Under the pieces are notes generated by a model. That model was not told the origin of the DNA, did not search any database, and was given only the letters and a program-made list of their open reading frames with translations. A stretch of DNA of 62,495 bases, filler included, from Sphacelaria rigidula (Eukaryota), in NCBI GenBank assembly GCA_964200075.2. It is 5 parts of 5 records of this genome, joined end to end, with 100 filler letters (N's around TTAATTAATTAA, not from the genome) between each part and the next. Parts side by side here need not be neighbours in the genome. Positions count along the whole stretch, not along the records: positions 25,042 to 37,460 come from CAXNAA020003797.1; 4 more parts are not named here. One strand, given 5' to 3'. This document shows, piece after piece, positions 25,042-37,460 of this stretch; positions within the stretch are counted from its first letter, which is position 1, and each line of letters begins with the position of its first letter. Made by a program: the position numbers and the translations under genes.

Positions 25042-28000
25042 GGCTCGAACCTCATTTCATTGATGAACCTCATTTTATAGAATCCTCTGTAATTTCCCCA
25101 GCGGGCCTGCACCCGGATACCAACAAATCCAGGGCAATGACTGAAATACCGATGCCCACAAATGTTTCTCAGCTTCGCTCACTGTTGGGTAGACTCTCCT
25201 ACTATCGCAAATGTTTGCCCAACTCGTCTACAAGGAGTCACCCCTTACACCCTTACTAAAAGAGGACGCCGCGTTCGTCTTCCCAACTGACATTGAAACT
25301 ATCGCTCGCGATTTGTTGAACACGCTCATGGAGAAAACGGCTGTCTGTTCTCCAAGCTGGTATACTGTACAAAATGGCTCTCACCTCTTCCCCCTGCGCA
25401 CCGACGCCAGCACCGGCGGGTTCGGCGCGGTTCTGAACCGACCCGAACTTGATGGCTCCGTCCGATCCATCCTTTGTATAAATCGCGCCCCATGCCACAC
25501 GAGGCCAACTCGAGTCCACTCGTGTTGGAAGGCGGGGTAATCACTTGGGTCATTGAGCGTTTTCCAATTTCACAAAATGAAGTTGGTTCCTGCTGTGGGT
25601 CAAAATTCGACCAAGAGGTTTTTCGCGACTCCGTTTTTGCGTCGGGATTCTTGCGTCCTGATTCTTGCGATCGGATCCTCGCGATATTTTTTTTGCGTCG
25701 GGATTCTTGCGATCGGAATGTTGCAATAATTGTTTTGCTAGATTTTTCCAGTCTAAAACCCTTATCGAATTCGATTTTTTGGGGATAATTTCCTTAAACG
25801 GACACGAAACGCATCCTTCTCCAAGGAGCACCTGGATACACAGGAGTTGCCGCTGCGTACCTAATATCATCCTCCAAATCGAAGTCTTGAGTGAGAACCC
25901 ACAGCGTTTGGTGCTCATGTACAAGGATTATGTACATCATACTCAAAATCGAGGTGACTGCACCACTTGGTAGTTGACATATATTTCTCGAAAATATATG
26001 GTTTGCGCAGGTGCTGACGCATTTCGAAGAACACTACCCCGACCCTAACCTTAACCCCAACCGCAACGAAGACATACCGAGAACCCTCGGGCACAGGGGG
26101 TGCGGCGTGTTCCTTAGGCGAAGTATGCGTTGCCAGACCTCAAATCGGCGCCCCAGGCGCAACGCGTTCTGCGCACGCTAGGAGCACGCTAGGAGCACGC
26201 TAGGAGTAGGGTAGTCCATCTGGATCACGCATACTTTTTTCAAGTGAATATTGATGCCGATTCAGCAGGTGACTTACCCTCGAAAGGGTTTAACGATTTC
26301 GGTGTCTACACTCGAATCTAATACTGTACCTGTCAACAAGCCGTAAGTTTCCGAGAACACTTGAACTACCAAGTGGTGAAGTCTACTGTCAAACTCGGAG
26401 TCAAAATCGAAGTCTTGAGTAAGAACGACTGCCAAGTATATCAGGTCCGAAGAGAAACTCTATGTCCCTTATCGATTCCGGATCTTTGGGGATAACTTCG
26501 TCATACAGACACCAAACGCATCCTGCTTCAAGGGGCACCTGGACACACAGCAGGTGCCGCTGTCTACTGAGTATGATCCTCCAAATCGAAGTCTTGACTG
26601 AGAACCCACAGCGTTTGGTGCTCATGTACAAGGAAGGATGATCTTCATCTAGTATCATGCTCCAAAACGTTCCTGACAAGGGGGCAACACCCCCGTACAG
26701 ACAGTAGCAATGCTAGCGGATCCTACGTCCTGAGAGTCTGTGGCAGTCTGGCAGCCGGAAAGGTGGTGATGGTAGTGTCCTTCTAGCGATGTCAACTTAC
26801 AGTGCGCTGTAGCAGAGTTTGCAGGTGAATATTTCGGCGATTGCGCCTCACCTACAGCTCGCCCAGATGCTGTGGATTTTTCTCGATATCACCGAGTAAC
26901 ATACCAGACTTTCCGTCATATGATAAGTCGAGATGTACCAGACCCTGCATTAAATATGGAAATGTACCCAACCGTGAACAAAATATTTCTACAGTCAGTA
27001 CGAACACGATGTTGAAAGTGCATCGCCCAAAGTCAGTGTGTTGTCGTCTCATCTATTCTGGACGCCCGTCTCCACCTTTCGGTGTATGTGGGCGCACCAG
27101 CCTCGACTGTATTACCATACAGCTTCGCCCAAGATACAGGCAGCCATTACAGCGGCGGAGGCTGCCTCTGACTCCTGCGTGGGCCACCTGGGGCAAGCAC
27201 ACGCTGTAGCTGCAACACGGACAGCTTTAAAAAATGTGACGTGGCGATATGCTGTAGCGCGTGGGGTGATATCCTTCCTGCCTACGCGTTTGCCATAGAT
27301 ACAAGCGGGTGCACTCATGGTGTGGCGAACTGCATAGGACAACGCGAAATCAATGTAGGACAGGGATGGGCAAAGGATGTCACGTGCTGCGGTGTGCTTT
27401 GTCACCCTGCACCCCACCGCTGTGCAGTGAGCAGGTAGTACCACTGCAGGCATCACGATGCGGTTGGTACACAGTAGTAGTGTCGGCTACACACCCGAAG
27501 GGTAACCTCTGTATTGAATTCAACAAAGCGCATTGAATTAAATCATACACGCGGAGAGCGTTATTTTCGAGCAGCGCGCGCGCTAACGTTTTCCGTGTTG
27601 TCGACATCGTGCCAGCGCGCTTATATACTGAAGCGCTGTATTTCTCTGTGGCAGCCCGTCACGGTAGTGCTCCCCATGTTTGATCACGCTTTATTCGAAA
27701 ACACTCAGAAGAGATGCCAGCGAGTCCATCGTTGTTGCACTTAAATTGTGGTGAACCAGTTGTTTCTCGATAGAACCCCCGCATGCTGCATGTTTTACCA
27801 AATAGTACATACCGTACCAGTTCATAACGGATATGCATTACATGTACGCCACCGACATGCTCTGGTTATCATGAACTGTGTACGAGGCGCGGGAAGCGTA
27901 GTTTTTGTCAAGGAATGCAAGGACGCAACCATACTGCAGTACAGGCAGTGTGAAACACGTGATTCGAACGAGACACAAGATGAAGAATTTACATTATGAT

Positions 28001-30720
28001 AAATACCTGGGCGTTTTGATACTAAAACGAGTCCACCAGTCCCTCCACTACCTGCTGTACAAAGGTAGCAAGGGTTGGACGAATCAATGATTTGTCCGGA
28101 AATCATTCGATTTTTAGTGTAATTGATTTGTACTGTACGAATCCATCCTTAGGCTTTGTTTTTAGCGTTGCAACCCAGGTACGCGCAGCCCAGGCACGTG
28201 GAATAGCGCAAAAGTTGCGTGGGGACCTGTTTGACCAGCGGTCGACCTTTTTCTCTCTTTCGAGCAATCAGGCCTAAGAAAGAGTGGATTTGGTTATTCG
28301 AGTCGGCGACGATTCGTCCGAACCGTAGAAGATAGATACCACATGTAAATTACACAATACGTTACGGGCAGACCTTTTCACCCTAGAGTGGAAGGGCCCA
28401 GCCAAGACCATTCCGGTTTCATCGCCGGAATCCGGGGCCGCAACGTCATATCACAATCACCGAAATAAATTGAAATTGGAAGCGCCCTGGACACAGGGCA
28501 ATCTATTCGACAAGCTTGTTTTACGTACCTTTGCACATTTACACGGGTCACGGAGCGGTCGAACGACTCGGTAAGGTTAGCAAACATACCACGCGTGTAC
28601 AACGCTGGTGGAGTCTCTGACGGCTTACCAGTATCCTGTTGAACATCGCCGAGGAAAAACCAACGGGAATGCTGACCTTATCTCCCGACTGCCCCTGCGG
28701 CCAACGGCAGTAAATTTCAGTCCAGCTTGCCGATTAGGTGAACCCGGTGAACCAAGCGTCTACCCTATCCGGCGTTTCTACACGCCCATTTACGCCCCTG
28801 ACCTTCATTGTTCAGAAACGGGTGTGTACATGGAGCCCCTCGCCCCCTTCCGTATGATGCAATCCTGGGTGGACTGAAGCTCACGACTGCCTATTTCGTC
28901 GATTTCCGCACTTTCGGTCCTCGTGCGGATATTTCCATCCCGCCACCCTCAGTTATTCACTTTATTTCTGACAGTATGTGCTCTAGGTCTGCTGCCCGCG
29001 CCAATCCCCCACGCACCCCGCCACCACCGACCACACCTACTGATCTCACGAGCGGTGTAGCGCCGGTCACAGGACACCAAACCACACCCCACGTCCCTCG
29101 TCAACACCCACCGCACCATGCGCACAACGAGCATCGATCACGCTCTCCGGCGCGCACTGTTACAACAAGGCCGATCTCCGCGGCACAGGCAGTACCCACC
29201 CCTCCTGATCATGAAGTGTACGCCTCGGGCCCTGATCCCAATGTGGATATTGACGTTGGCACCCCTGCTCCGTCGATTTTTCCACCGCGTTCTGCGCCCC
29301 ATGCTTGGTCGGCTCTCCCGCGGAAGGCTAACTGCACGAGTTCCTCGTCAGCTACTCCCATCGCGATTGGGCTCGTGAACAACAGGCGAAACCATTATGC
29401 CGCGCAGCCATGCGGTAATTACAACTTGGCTGCCTTATTCCTGTCCCGGCCAATCTTCTGACTTCGGTTGGTACACCACCACCACCAATCATCTCCGAGG
29501 TGTAGGAATTCGCGCGCAAAGGTATCATTTTCACCACTGATGACGGTGTTCAATTGCTTTTACATTGTCCCACCCCAGCCGGGTTCAACTTCGGCCGCGA
29601 TCACCAGCTGTCATGCACGCCTACTTGATGACGAACCCACCCGTATGTGTTCCATTCTCAATGCACCCCTGGGTAATGAAACGCTACCGCACTGACTTGT
29701 CATGTCACCTCGGTGTCACGCGCACCTGAGCACTACTTGAACCTTTTTACTGGTGGTTTGGCACGGAAGCCTCCACCCGTTTTTGGATTCGGCAATGCTT
29801 TAAGTGCCAAGGCCCCAAACCTCACGACAGACAATACGGTGGCTTGTCATATCTATGGCACTTTCCAACGCCCCTGTTCACCTCGTCGTGTCGTTTGACT
29901 ATTTCGATCCCTTACCGACCACGGATCGTGGCAACACCTACATGTTACTCTTCATCGACCGCTTCAGCCGCCATGAGTCCGTGCACAAAGTCACCGCTGG
30001 AGATTTCACAGCCGCAGCTACAGCTGACATCCGATGATAGTTCGCGCCTGCATTAAGCACTATAGTTGTCCGAAACGGCTCCCCTCCGACAATGGTCAGC
30101 AATTTTGCTCCGACCTCTCGGTCTGCCGGTTTCACACAATACGCGCTTAACAGCAACTCGACAAAGTCACCGCTTTATCAAGTTACCACCGATGACGCGA
30201 CCGAATAACCTTCCTGCTTGGCCGTGTCCCACATATCCGGTCACCAGATTACTCGCGGTCGAGGAGCTAAGACTGCTGTCATGTACAAGACCCGCTGGCA
30301 AGGCCTTCGGAGCGCGTCCTGGGAACGTGAATCCGACCTTCAGTTACACCACCGTGCTATCCTCCTCTACTGGATGCAACTCCAGCAGCAACATCTTGCT
30401 GTTAACAACAACAAATGCCGCAACATGCGCCGCGGTGCTGCAGCCTTCGAATTCTACCATGACAAAGGTTTGCGCTTTGTCGCCGGTGGTTACGTACTGG
30501 TACCCACCTATCATTGGGAAGACAAGATCCGCGCAAAACAGCGAGAGCTCCATAATAAGGTGCTCATTTGTGGTACAGAGGCAGCGACAACCTCTGGTGG
30601 CTGGGCCAGACCGACTCCGTCGACCTGATTGGGACCGATGCATACATCGTGAGTTTCATCGATGTCTCTGAATCCGCGCCACGAGGACCCTGGTGCCTTC
30701 AGCAGCTCAAGTCCCAAGGC
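25042..30720 (+). mobile_element. Degenerate Ty3/Gypsy pol remnant (RT thumb, RNase H, integrase, chromodomain), split by a 2.9-kb insertion
   Basis: QLRSLLGRLSYYR, LRTDASTGGFGAVL, NADLISRLP, CHLGV...FYWW...CFKCQ, SFDYFDPLP...FIDRFSRH and ISGHQITRGR...YKTRWQG...SWERESDL. Confidence 0.88.
25562..28505 (+). mobile_element. Non-autonomous Helentron/Helitron2-like element
   Basis: 5' TTCCAATTTCA (25562-25572) has its inverted copy at 28471-28481, followed by hairpin GCCCTG-GACA-CAGGGC and the element end. It sits in a T-run with no TSD, and removal rejoins the Gypsy RNase H. Confidence 0.7.
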
Positions 30721-31899
30721 CTTCGACGAGAAATTCAGCGCAATATAGATCGCACATATCATACCAACGCACCGTTTTGAGCTTTTGCTTAATCTTCTAC
30801 CTTTGGCTTGCAAAACGCACCTATTCCCCTCCTCCGTCGTTTTAGAAATTCGTCTGTTTTCGCTACTCGAGAAAAGAAATTTCCACGACTCCAACACTTA
30901 CAACAGCCTACGAACGGAGCTCATCCGCAGCACAGCAAGCGGACCACGAACGGAGTTTGCCTGGAGCATCTTCATCCACGGCTGCCGAAGTTTTTCGTAT
31001 TCCCGCTCTTGGCTTGTGTGGCTGGCGCTGGATGCTTTGAATCCTTGAATTGCTGATTCCCTTGCCTTTCTCGGTTTGGCCCAACATGCGCCCGCCGGAT
31101 GCAATTGGCCTTTTTGGTGGTTGAGTCTGGTATCACCCAGGTAGAAGTTGTGCTCCCTGCTATACCTTGCTGGTTCGCCTCTTTCTTCCGCTAGCGTGTC
31201 GAAGAATTTGTGCCCCGTCGTTTGGGCGTTCGCTAGCTAGTAGTAGTAGTAGTTTGTGCTCCTGCGTATCCAAGCGCAACTGCGCTTTTTGAAGCGGATT
31301 ATGCTACCCTTGTTCGAGGTGTAAGAGGATCAGGCAAAAGGGTTGGGCATGGCTCTACTGGTGGGTGTGCTTTTTCCTGTCACTAGGATCGGGTGTTTCC
31401 CCATCCCTTTTCATCTTCTGGTTCGCCTTTCTTGCCACTCATGAGTTCACGAGAGAAGACACGCTTCAATGTTTGTTGCTTTTCGAGCTTACTCATCGCA
31501 GCTATAATAGAGACTCGCCTGGGCGGGCTAGTGTCATGAAGTGGAGAGGCGGTTGCAGCACCTCCTTCCCAGACGCGTAGATCAGGTGGTGGGTTGTGCA
31601 GATTCAGGGTTTTTCAGAAGAAATATCGTCACCGGAGATTTTTTGATCTCGGGTCTGACCAGTAGACAGATCGGATAATGCCCCCTAGTCCCGAGAGCGG
31701 TAACGCCTTGCTTGTGGATAGAGGTCTTGGCGAGCCAGCCCTCCCACCTCCATTCACTCCTTAGCTAGGACCTTCGTCTGGTTGCAATCGCTGCTTGCAA
31801 TTTGGTAAACATGAGTGCGAGCTACGAACGAAGGTAATCAAGCTACAAACAATTGAGAACGATCTTCCTCTCATCAATAGGCACACATACCTACCGCGT

Positions 31900-32660
31900 A
31901 AACTTGAAACGATGAAGGAAAATCAGAGCGGCTCAGATACATATTGGTTGTCGACCAAAGCAATTGAGGACTGCGTCGTTCAAATACACAGGAGAGTGTA
32001 CCCCTTATTGTCCCAATCGTACCTGTCCGATCCCTTTCCATTCCGGCATCAACTATACCTACGCTTTCCAACAGCTCGGACAATTTCACTGCATTTTTGT
32101 TCATCTCTTCTTTTAAGTTGTGCATTTTTTCTTCCATTTGTAGTTTATCGGTTCTCCAACTGTACAACTTCCTACCCCGCCTATTCCTTCTAGCTCTCAT
32201 CTGTTGGCTTCTTATCCATATTAGGCAATGATCTGTGTTTCCCACGTCCTCTGCGCATATATATGCTTTCATTTTCTTCCTGTTTCCATACTCAACCACT
32301 CAATGATCAGGAACGGAGCGTTCCCTCTCGTTTTGAATTTTCTACTCCATGGCCATCGCGTCTCTAGCTTTCGTGCTCTATCGTTCATCGTCTTCATCTC
32401 GCTATGCTCGAGGACCTTGAGCATTTCTACCCCATCCGTGTTCTCCTTATCTTCCGCGTAATGCCCAATGATACAACCAGGTTGACCTGCTCTTCCTACC
32501 CTTGCATTCAAATCTCCTACAAACGTTACTTCTTCGGGCTATGTCCCTTCCGCTTTTCCCCTATCCATGCGTACTCTCAAACTTTGCATCCTATCTCCGC
32601 CCCCTCTTCCTGCCGCTGTAAAACAAGCCGCCAGAACCCAGACATAAAAGTTACAGACTG
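31900..32660 (-). pseudogene. Non-LTR retrotransposon (LINE) apurinic-type endonuclease fragment
   Basis: VGDLNARVG (32497-32520), then EMKTMNDR, ERSVPDH and VGNTDHCLI, matching the GDFNA, IDY and SDH motifs of APE-type endonucleases. Confidence 0.75.
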
Positions 32661-32899
32661 TCACCGTACCTGCACCATGAACCGCCACTAGACAAAACAA
32701 ATCCCGGGCCGACAAACGCAATGGCTATGCAAAAAACTAAATGACGAACTATGTTCCCCCCAGAAACACACAAGATGGGTATAAACATCATATGACAGAG
32801 GTGGTATTTTTTACCTCCCGCCCCTCCCCCCCCCGGCGTGGGGGGGTATGGGGGAGTAGAGAAAACCTGATGAATCACCCATTCAAAAATAGTATGACC

Positions 32900-35800
32900 C
32901 CTCACGTATCCGACCGTTGGCTCCCACGTGGAGATTGCACTGAGCGCGTCGTTAGCCCGGACGTACGACTCGTATGCGTCCGATTTCCATCTACCCTCTT
33001 TTTTCAACACCTCTGGAGACACTCCTGCTACCGACAAGTGGGTGGCGCCACCAATCCGCAAAGAGTGCAACGCGAACTCTGCGGGCAGGAGCCCAGCCAA
33101 CGCCACCACTTGCCGTAGCGCTGCCACAACATCATATCGATTCTACACCATTTATTTCCCGGAGTCCCGCATACCATACGTCATAAGCGGGGCCTCGGCG
33201 GGGTACGAATTCGAAAGAGGCATTACTTCAGTCATCAGCGCGACTGCTCCTTCCCTTACTAGAAATGCCAACGCAGGACCCCTCGCAAACGTGCGTTACT
33301 ACTATTCCGACACGTTACTGATCCCCTTTGGGAGCTCGGAATCGCACTTCTACCCGTTCTGCTGTACCCCACTCAAGTCGACGCAACTACGTTCGTCCCT
33401 TAAAAAAAGACACATCCCTTCTACGCAGATAGTAAAGTGGATGATACGAATGAACGGAATCCGCAAACATCTTGAAAGACTTCGTCAGAGAGAAAAAGGA
33501 GGCACACAAGCCCAGCCACAGCACACGGTCACCTGGACCCCATCCAAGCGACAGACGTTCCCCGTCCATAAGCACTGACAACGCCACCGGACGTCTGACC
33601 CGCTGTTATGATCCCATCACAGCGTGACTATACTTCAATCCCAATAATGAATTTCTAGCATTTCTAATCAACGAGTGTTGAATGTCCAAGTCGACAGCTC
33701 TCTCCGTTCGATGGAAATATGCCACGGCAGCTGAATGATTTGCCACGGTGTTCAACCGCAACCCTTTCTTTGCACACGCATAACTTGTGTATTCAATGAA
33801 TGGCCACACGTTATGTATCGCCTCATCACGGCTACTCGAAAACACGACTCGGTTCATCTCCCGCCGGAAATTAATCCAGGAACCAAATTGTCCCTCGTAA
33901 GTTCTCGCAGACGACGGCGCAATGGCATTTCGGACGAGCCCGCGGCCAAAATGCATGAACACAGATGCCTCCCTTCTGTCCCGATGTCCTGCATATGCAA
34001 TTGAACATCGGGACGGCGGGACAAGAGGTTAGCGGAGATACGAATGATTGGCCATTGGGAAATACTATCAGCAACATCTTTCAGAATTCCCGGCACGTGC
34101 TTCGCCTCAAACACCCTTCCCGACGCTATTTCCAACACGCCAAGCATACGCATCAGAGCGCCCGATCGCGGCTCACTCCCCCCTGTGCACTTATTTACCC
34201 GAGTCACGGCGGCTGAACTCTCTCCACGTAGCAGCACGCAATCAGCGCCACGTAACAAATATCACCCACCCCGACATGACCATACCCAACAATTCCAGGA
34301 CATTGATGGAGATGTTCTCTCCCGAGTGCACCGTATCACCTTTAAACTGAAAACGTTCCTCATCGCACAAGTCATACCGCCACCACAGGCCCGACTGCAG
34401 ACAATATCCACCAACCGCAGCACCCGATGCGTCGGAAAAGAAAGAAATCGTGGGTGGGCGCAACACAAACCGGTATACCGGGGACGATAATACTGCTCCA
34501 TCCCGCGACAAACCGTCACTAACCAGCCAACGCCACACATCTAAATCATCGTGAAACTCCGAGCTCAAACGCACCACTGGCAACTTCGTCGCCGCCCTCT
34601 TTTGAAAATAATTCCCCGTCACCACACGGGACGATGGGGGGGCGGCGCACTCCCGCCGATGCGAGCATGCGATGTACAAAACCTTCCCCGGACGCAAAAC
34701 GTAGGAGACGTGTAGCAGGAAACCGGTCAAAGGCGAAATGTCTCTCACTGTTGCACCCTTGCGGTCCTGAGGTCATTGCAACACCAGCTTTTACAGTTTT
34801 GTGATTTTTGCCTTTGAAAACGAGATCGACAGTGAGTCAGTACCAATCATCCATCCCGGCGCTTCCCACCGGGTGTCCCACGCCGACATTTTGTCGGTGT
34901 CTAACAACGGGGGGTCATCCGCCCCCCTCTCACTCAGTAAGTGATAATGATCTGATATCAAGGAGCCCGACGCGCACAAACATCGCTTGCCGTCAGGAAA
35001 TTATTGTACTTTCACCAATATACTGTCGTCAACGCAAATTCACATACAAAAGGGGTCGCCCGCCCCGCCACCAACTCCCGGAACGGTCTTGCAGTCCGGG
35101 GGCAGAGTTGCAACGCCTTCCTGTTGGCGTGATGCCATCTTGATAGGCTGAGCATCACGACGGCCGACATCCGTCACCGCGTATGTGAATTGATGTGTGG
35201 TTGTGCTAGTGTTCCAAGGCCACCGCTAGCAAGCCTTAAAGGTCGGGACTGCTGCGCCAACCGAATTCCACACACAGGTCAACGACCGCCATACTACCAA
35301 ACACGTACCCGAAATAAACGGCACGTCTTGCTGGGTCCACCAACACTTGACGAAATCCCTCCTTGACATCAAGTTTGCTCAGCACAATGCGGGCCGTGGG
35401 GTCAAATTTCTGTCGCAGGAACAAAAGCCGCATCAGAACTTAACGCAGCACCCCACCGATGTCACACGGCGGTGCCTGGAAAAAATCGGCCTCCGCATCA
35501 ACACAGGTGTGCGGCATTCGACGGTGGGGGGGAGTGAGATAATGTATGATACGAAATTTGGGATGCGCCGCCACCCCAAGTGGGGAAACACGAAATAATT
35601 TAATATCGAAGATCCGTCTCACGTCCAATACCAGTGCGCAACCGTTCATAACATCCAGGCGCAGTTGTTCATATATACGGTCCTGGTGCTCATCCACCCC
35701 ACCATGATTCCCATAGTTAATCACATTAACCAAATAACAGCCGATTTTATATTTCGGGCTTCAACACTAAAGTGGGGTTGAAGTCCCATTTCTCTATTGC

Positions 35801-36340
35801 AAGGAAGATACGAAAGAGTAACACAGAGCGAAAGTATCTTCCTCCCCAAACCTCCGCAGCAGGAGTTAACCTTTAGACCGCGAAAGTAGATCACCTGCTG
35901 AATCGGCATCAACAGTCACTTGAAAAAAGTACACGTGGTTCAGATGGACTACCGGCACCGCGGTCCAAGGGTTGAGCAACTCTGGCTAGATGCACCCAAC
36001 GAATGCGGCGTACACGCGTGTCGATGACGGTATCACCAGAGAGAGAAGCANNNNNNNNNNGGCGATTACCACTATCGCTCGAGAGACTCGCATCATCGAT
36101 GTCATCAGCATGTACCCAATTTCCCATGTATGTTGTGCCTGAACGCCGAGAGCTGCGGAGAGATTTCGTCTCTTCTTGCTTGCTTGATGCGAAGATCAAT
36201 TTCTCTCTGCCTCTCTTTTTGGACAAGACGTGCGTCTGTGCACTGAAAAACACGTCGTTGAAAAACAGGGCAATGTTCCCGTCACCGCTACTACTGCTCT
36301 CTGTCACACACATGCCAGCGAGGACGGTGCTGCGGCAATA
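32900..36340 (-). mobile_element. Second degenerate tyrosine-recombinase retrotransposon (RT, RNase H, YR); ends approximate
   Basis: SKLDVKEGFRQV, EFGWRSSP, CVDD (~35030), FSDASGAAVGGYC, INVLELLGMV, KHVPGILKDVADSISQW and ALHSLRIGGAT...EGRWKSDAYESYVR. Confidence 0.9.
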
Positions 36341-36899
36341 ACAGATATATCCAATTTGAACTTAGGAGGTGTTATTCATCCTTGATTCTCCCCAACTTCC
36401 CCCTCCCACCAACGGGGCGCTTGACGACACGCCAGTTGGGGTGTGTGTGCATGAGAGATCAAACACGTGTGGAGACCTTCTTGACATGCGGAGTGAAAAA
36501 AGATACCTACTATGGTGGTGACCTAACTGTTGCTAGCGTGGCGCGTAGGAGTCTGCCCATGCCGCAATCTGCAGCGCACGGTGGCCGCGTGAGCACCTGA
36601 GTAATAATAGGGTACAACAGCACCAGTGCTCCCCATGATAATCTAAAAATTATTCCGATGGCAAGAGGTCATGGATTATCACAACTCGAAAGGATAGACG
36701 AGACTGCTGTCCGATCAACCGCATGTCGTTGCATTCGAGACCCACGCCATCAACCGCCGACAGCAAGAGTGTTGTGGCTTTCACGCGACGCTGTCGGCAG
36801 TACGGCAGGCAAACCCGATCATAACTACCTTTCCTTGCTTTACCACCACCGGACTTACTCGCGCCTGCTAATAAAATGCACTCAAATCCTCTGCGGTAC

Positions 36900-37326
36900 A
36901 GGTATGAAAGCAAAACAGAATATTTTTTCTACCATCATCCACGAAATGAAAACGACTCTCAGGACCTGGGGGAAGGTGTCCGTTTCGGTTCGGGTCAGAG
37001 GTATGAAGATAGTGCCAGACAGCACTACCAAACTGATTGGGGATTTGCATTAGGCAATCCATGGAGACCGGAACAGAAATCGACAAGTTGTTCTTCTTAT
37101 TAGAAACCAATTCGCATGGAAATATTTGCAGGTGCACCTACACAGATTTTCATGAAGAAGAAACTGTCCGTCTCCCCAACAGTGTTGTATATGACGTGGC
37201 CAAAAGTCTATCGTCGTTCAATATTTCCTGGAGCGATGACGGGAACTCATCCTCCCTCAGGTCCTGAGAGTCGTTTTCATTTCGTGGATGATGGTAGAAA
37301 AAATATTCTGTTTTGCTTTCATACCT
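36900..37326. mobile_element. MITE-like element with 69-bp perfect inverted repeats
   Basis: 36900-36968 is the reverse complement of 37258-37326. The TSD is unreadable because another element abuts the right end. Confidence 0.85.
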
Positions 37327-37328
37327 TT

Positions 37329-37460
37329 GAGTCATCCTACGATAGGGGGGGGGGTATTTCGTTGCACGAAAAAAGAGGCTCATATGTGTGTCAGCCATCC
37401 TTCCACACTTGCGTTGCGCTTGTATTTGGTTCCAAACGGTGTAAGGCGGTATGGATTAGC
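37329..37460 (+). mobile_element. Second copy of the same TIR-element terminus running into an assembly gap
   Basis: Near-identical to 12326-12421. Confidence 0.7.
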
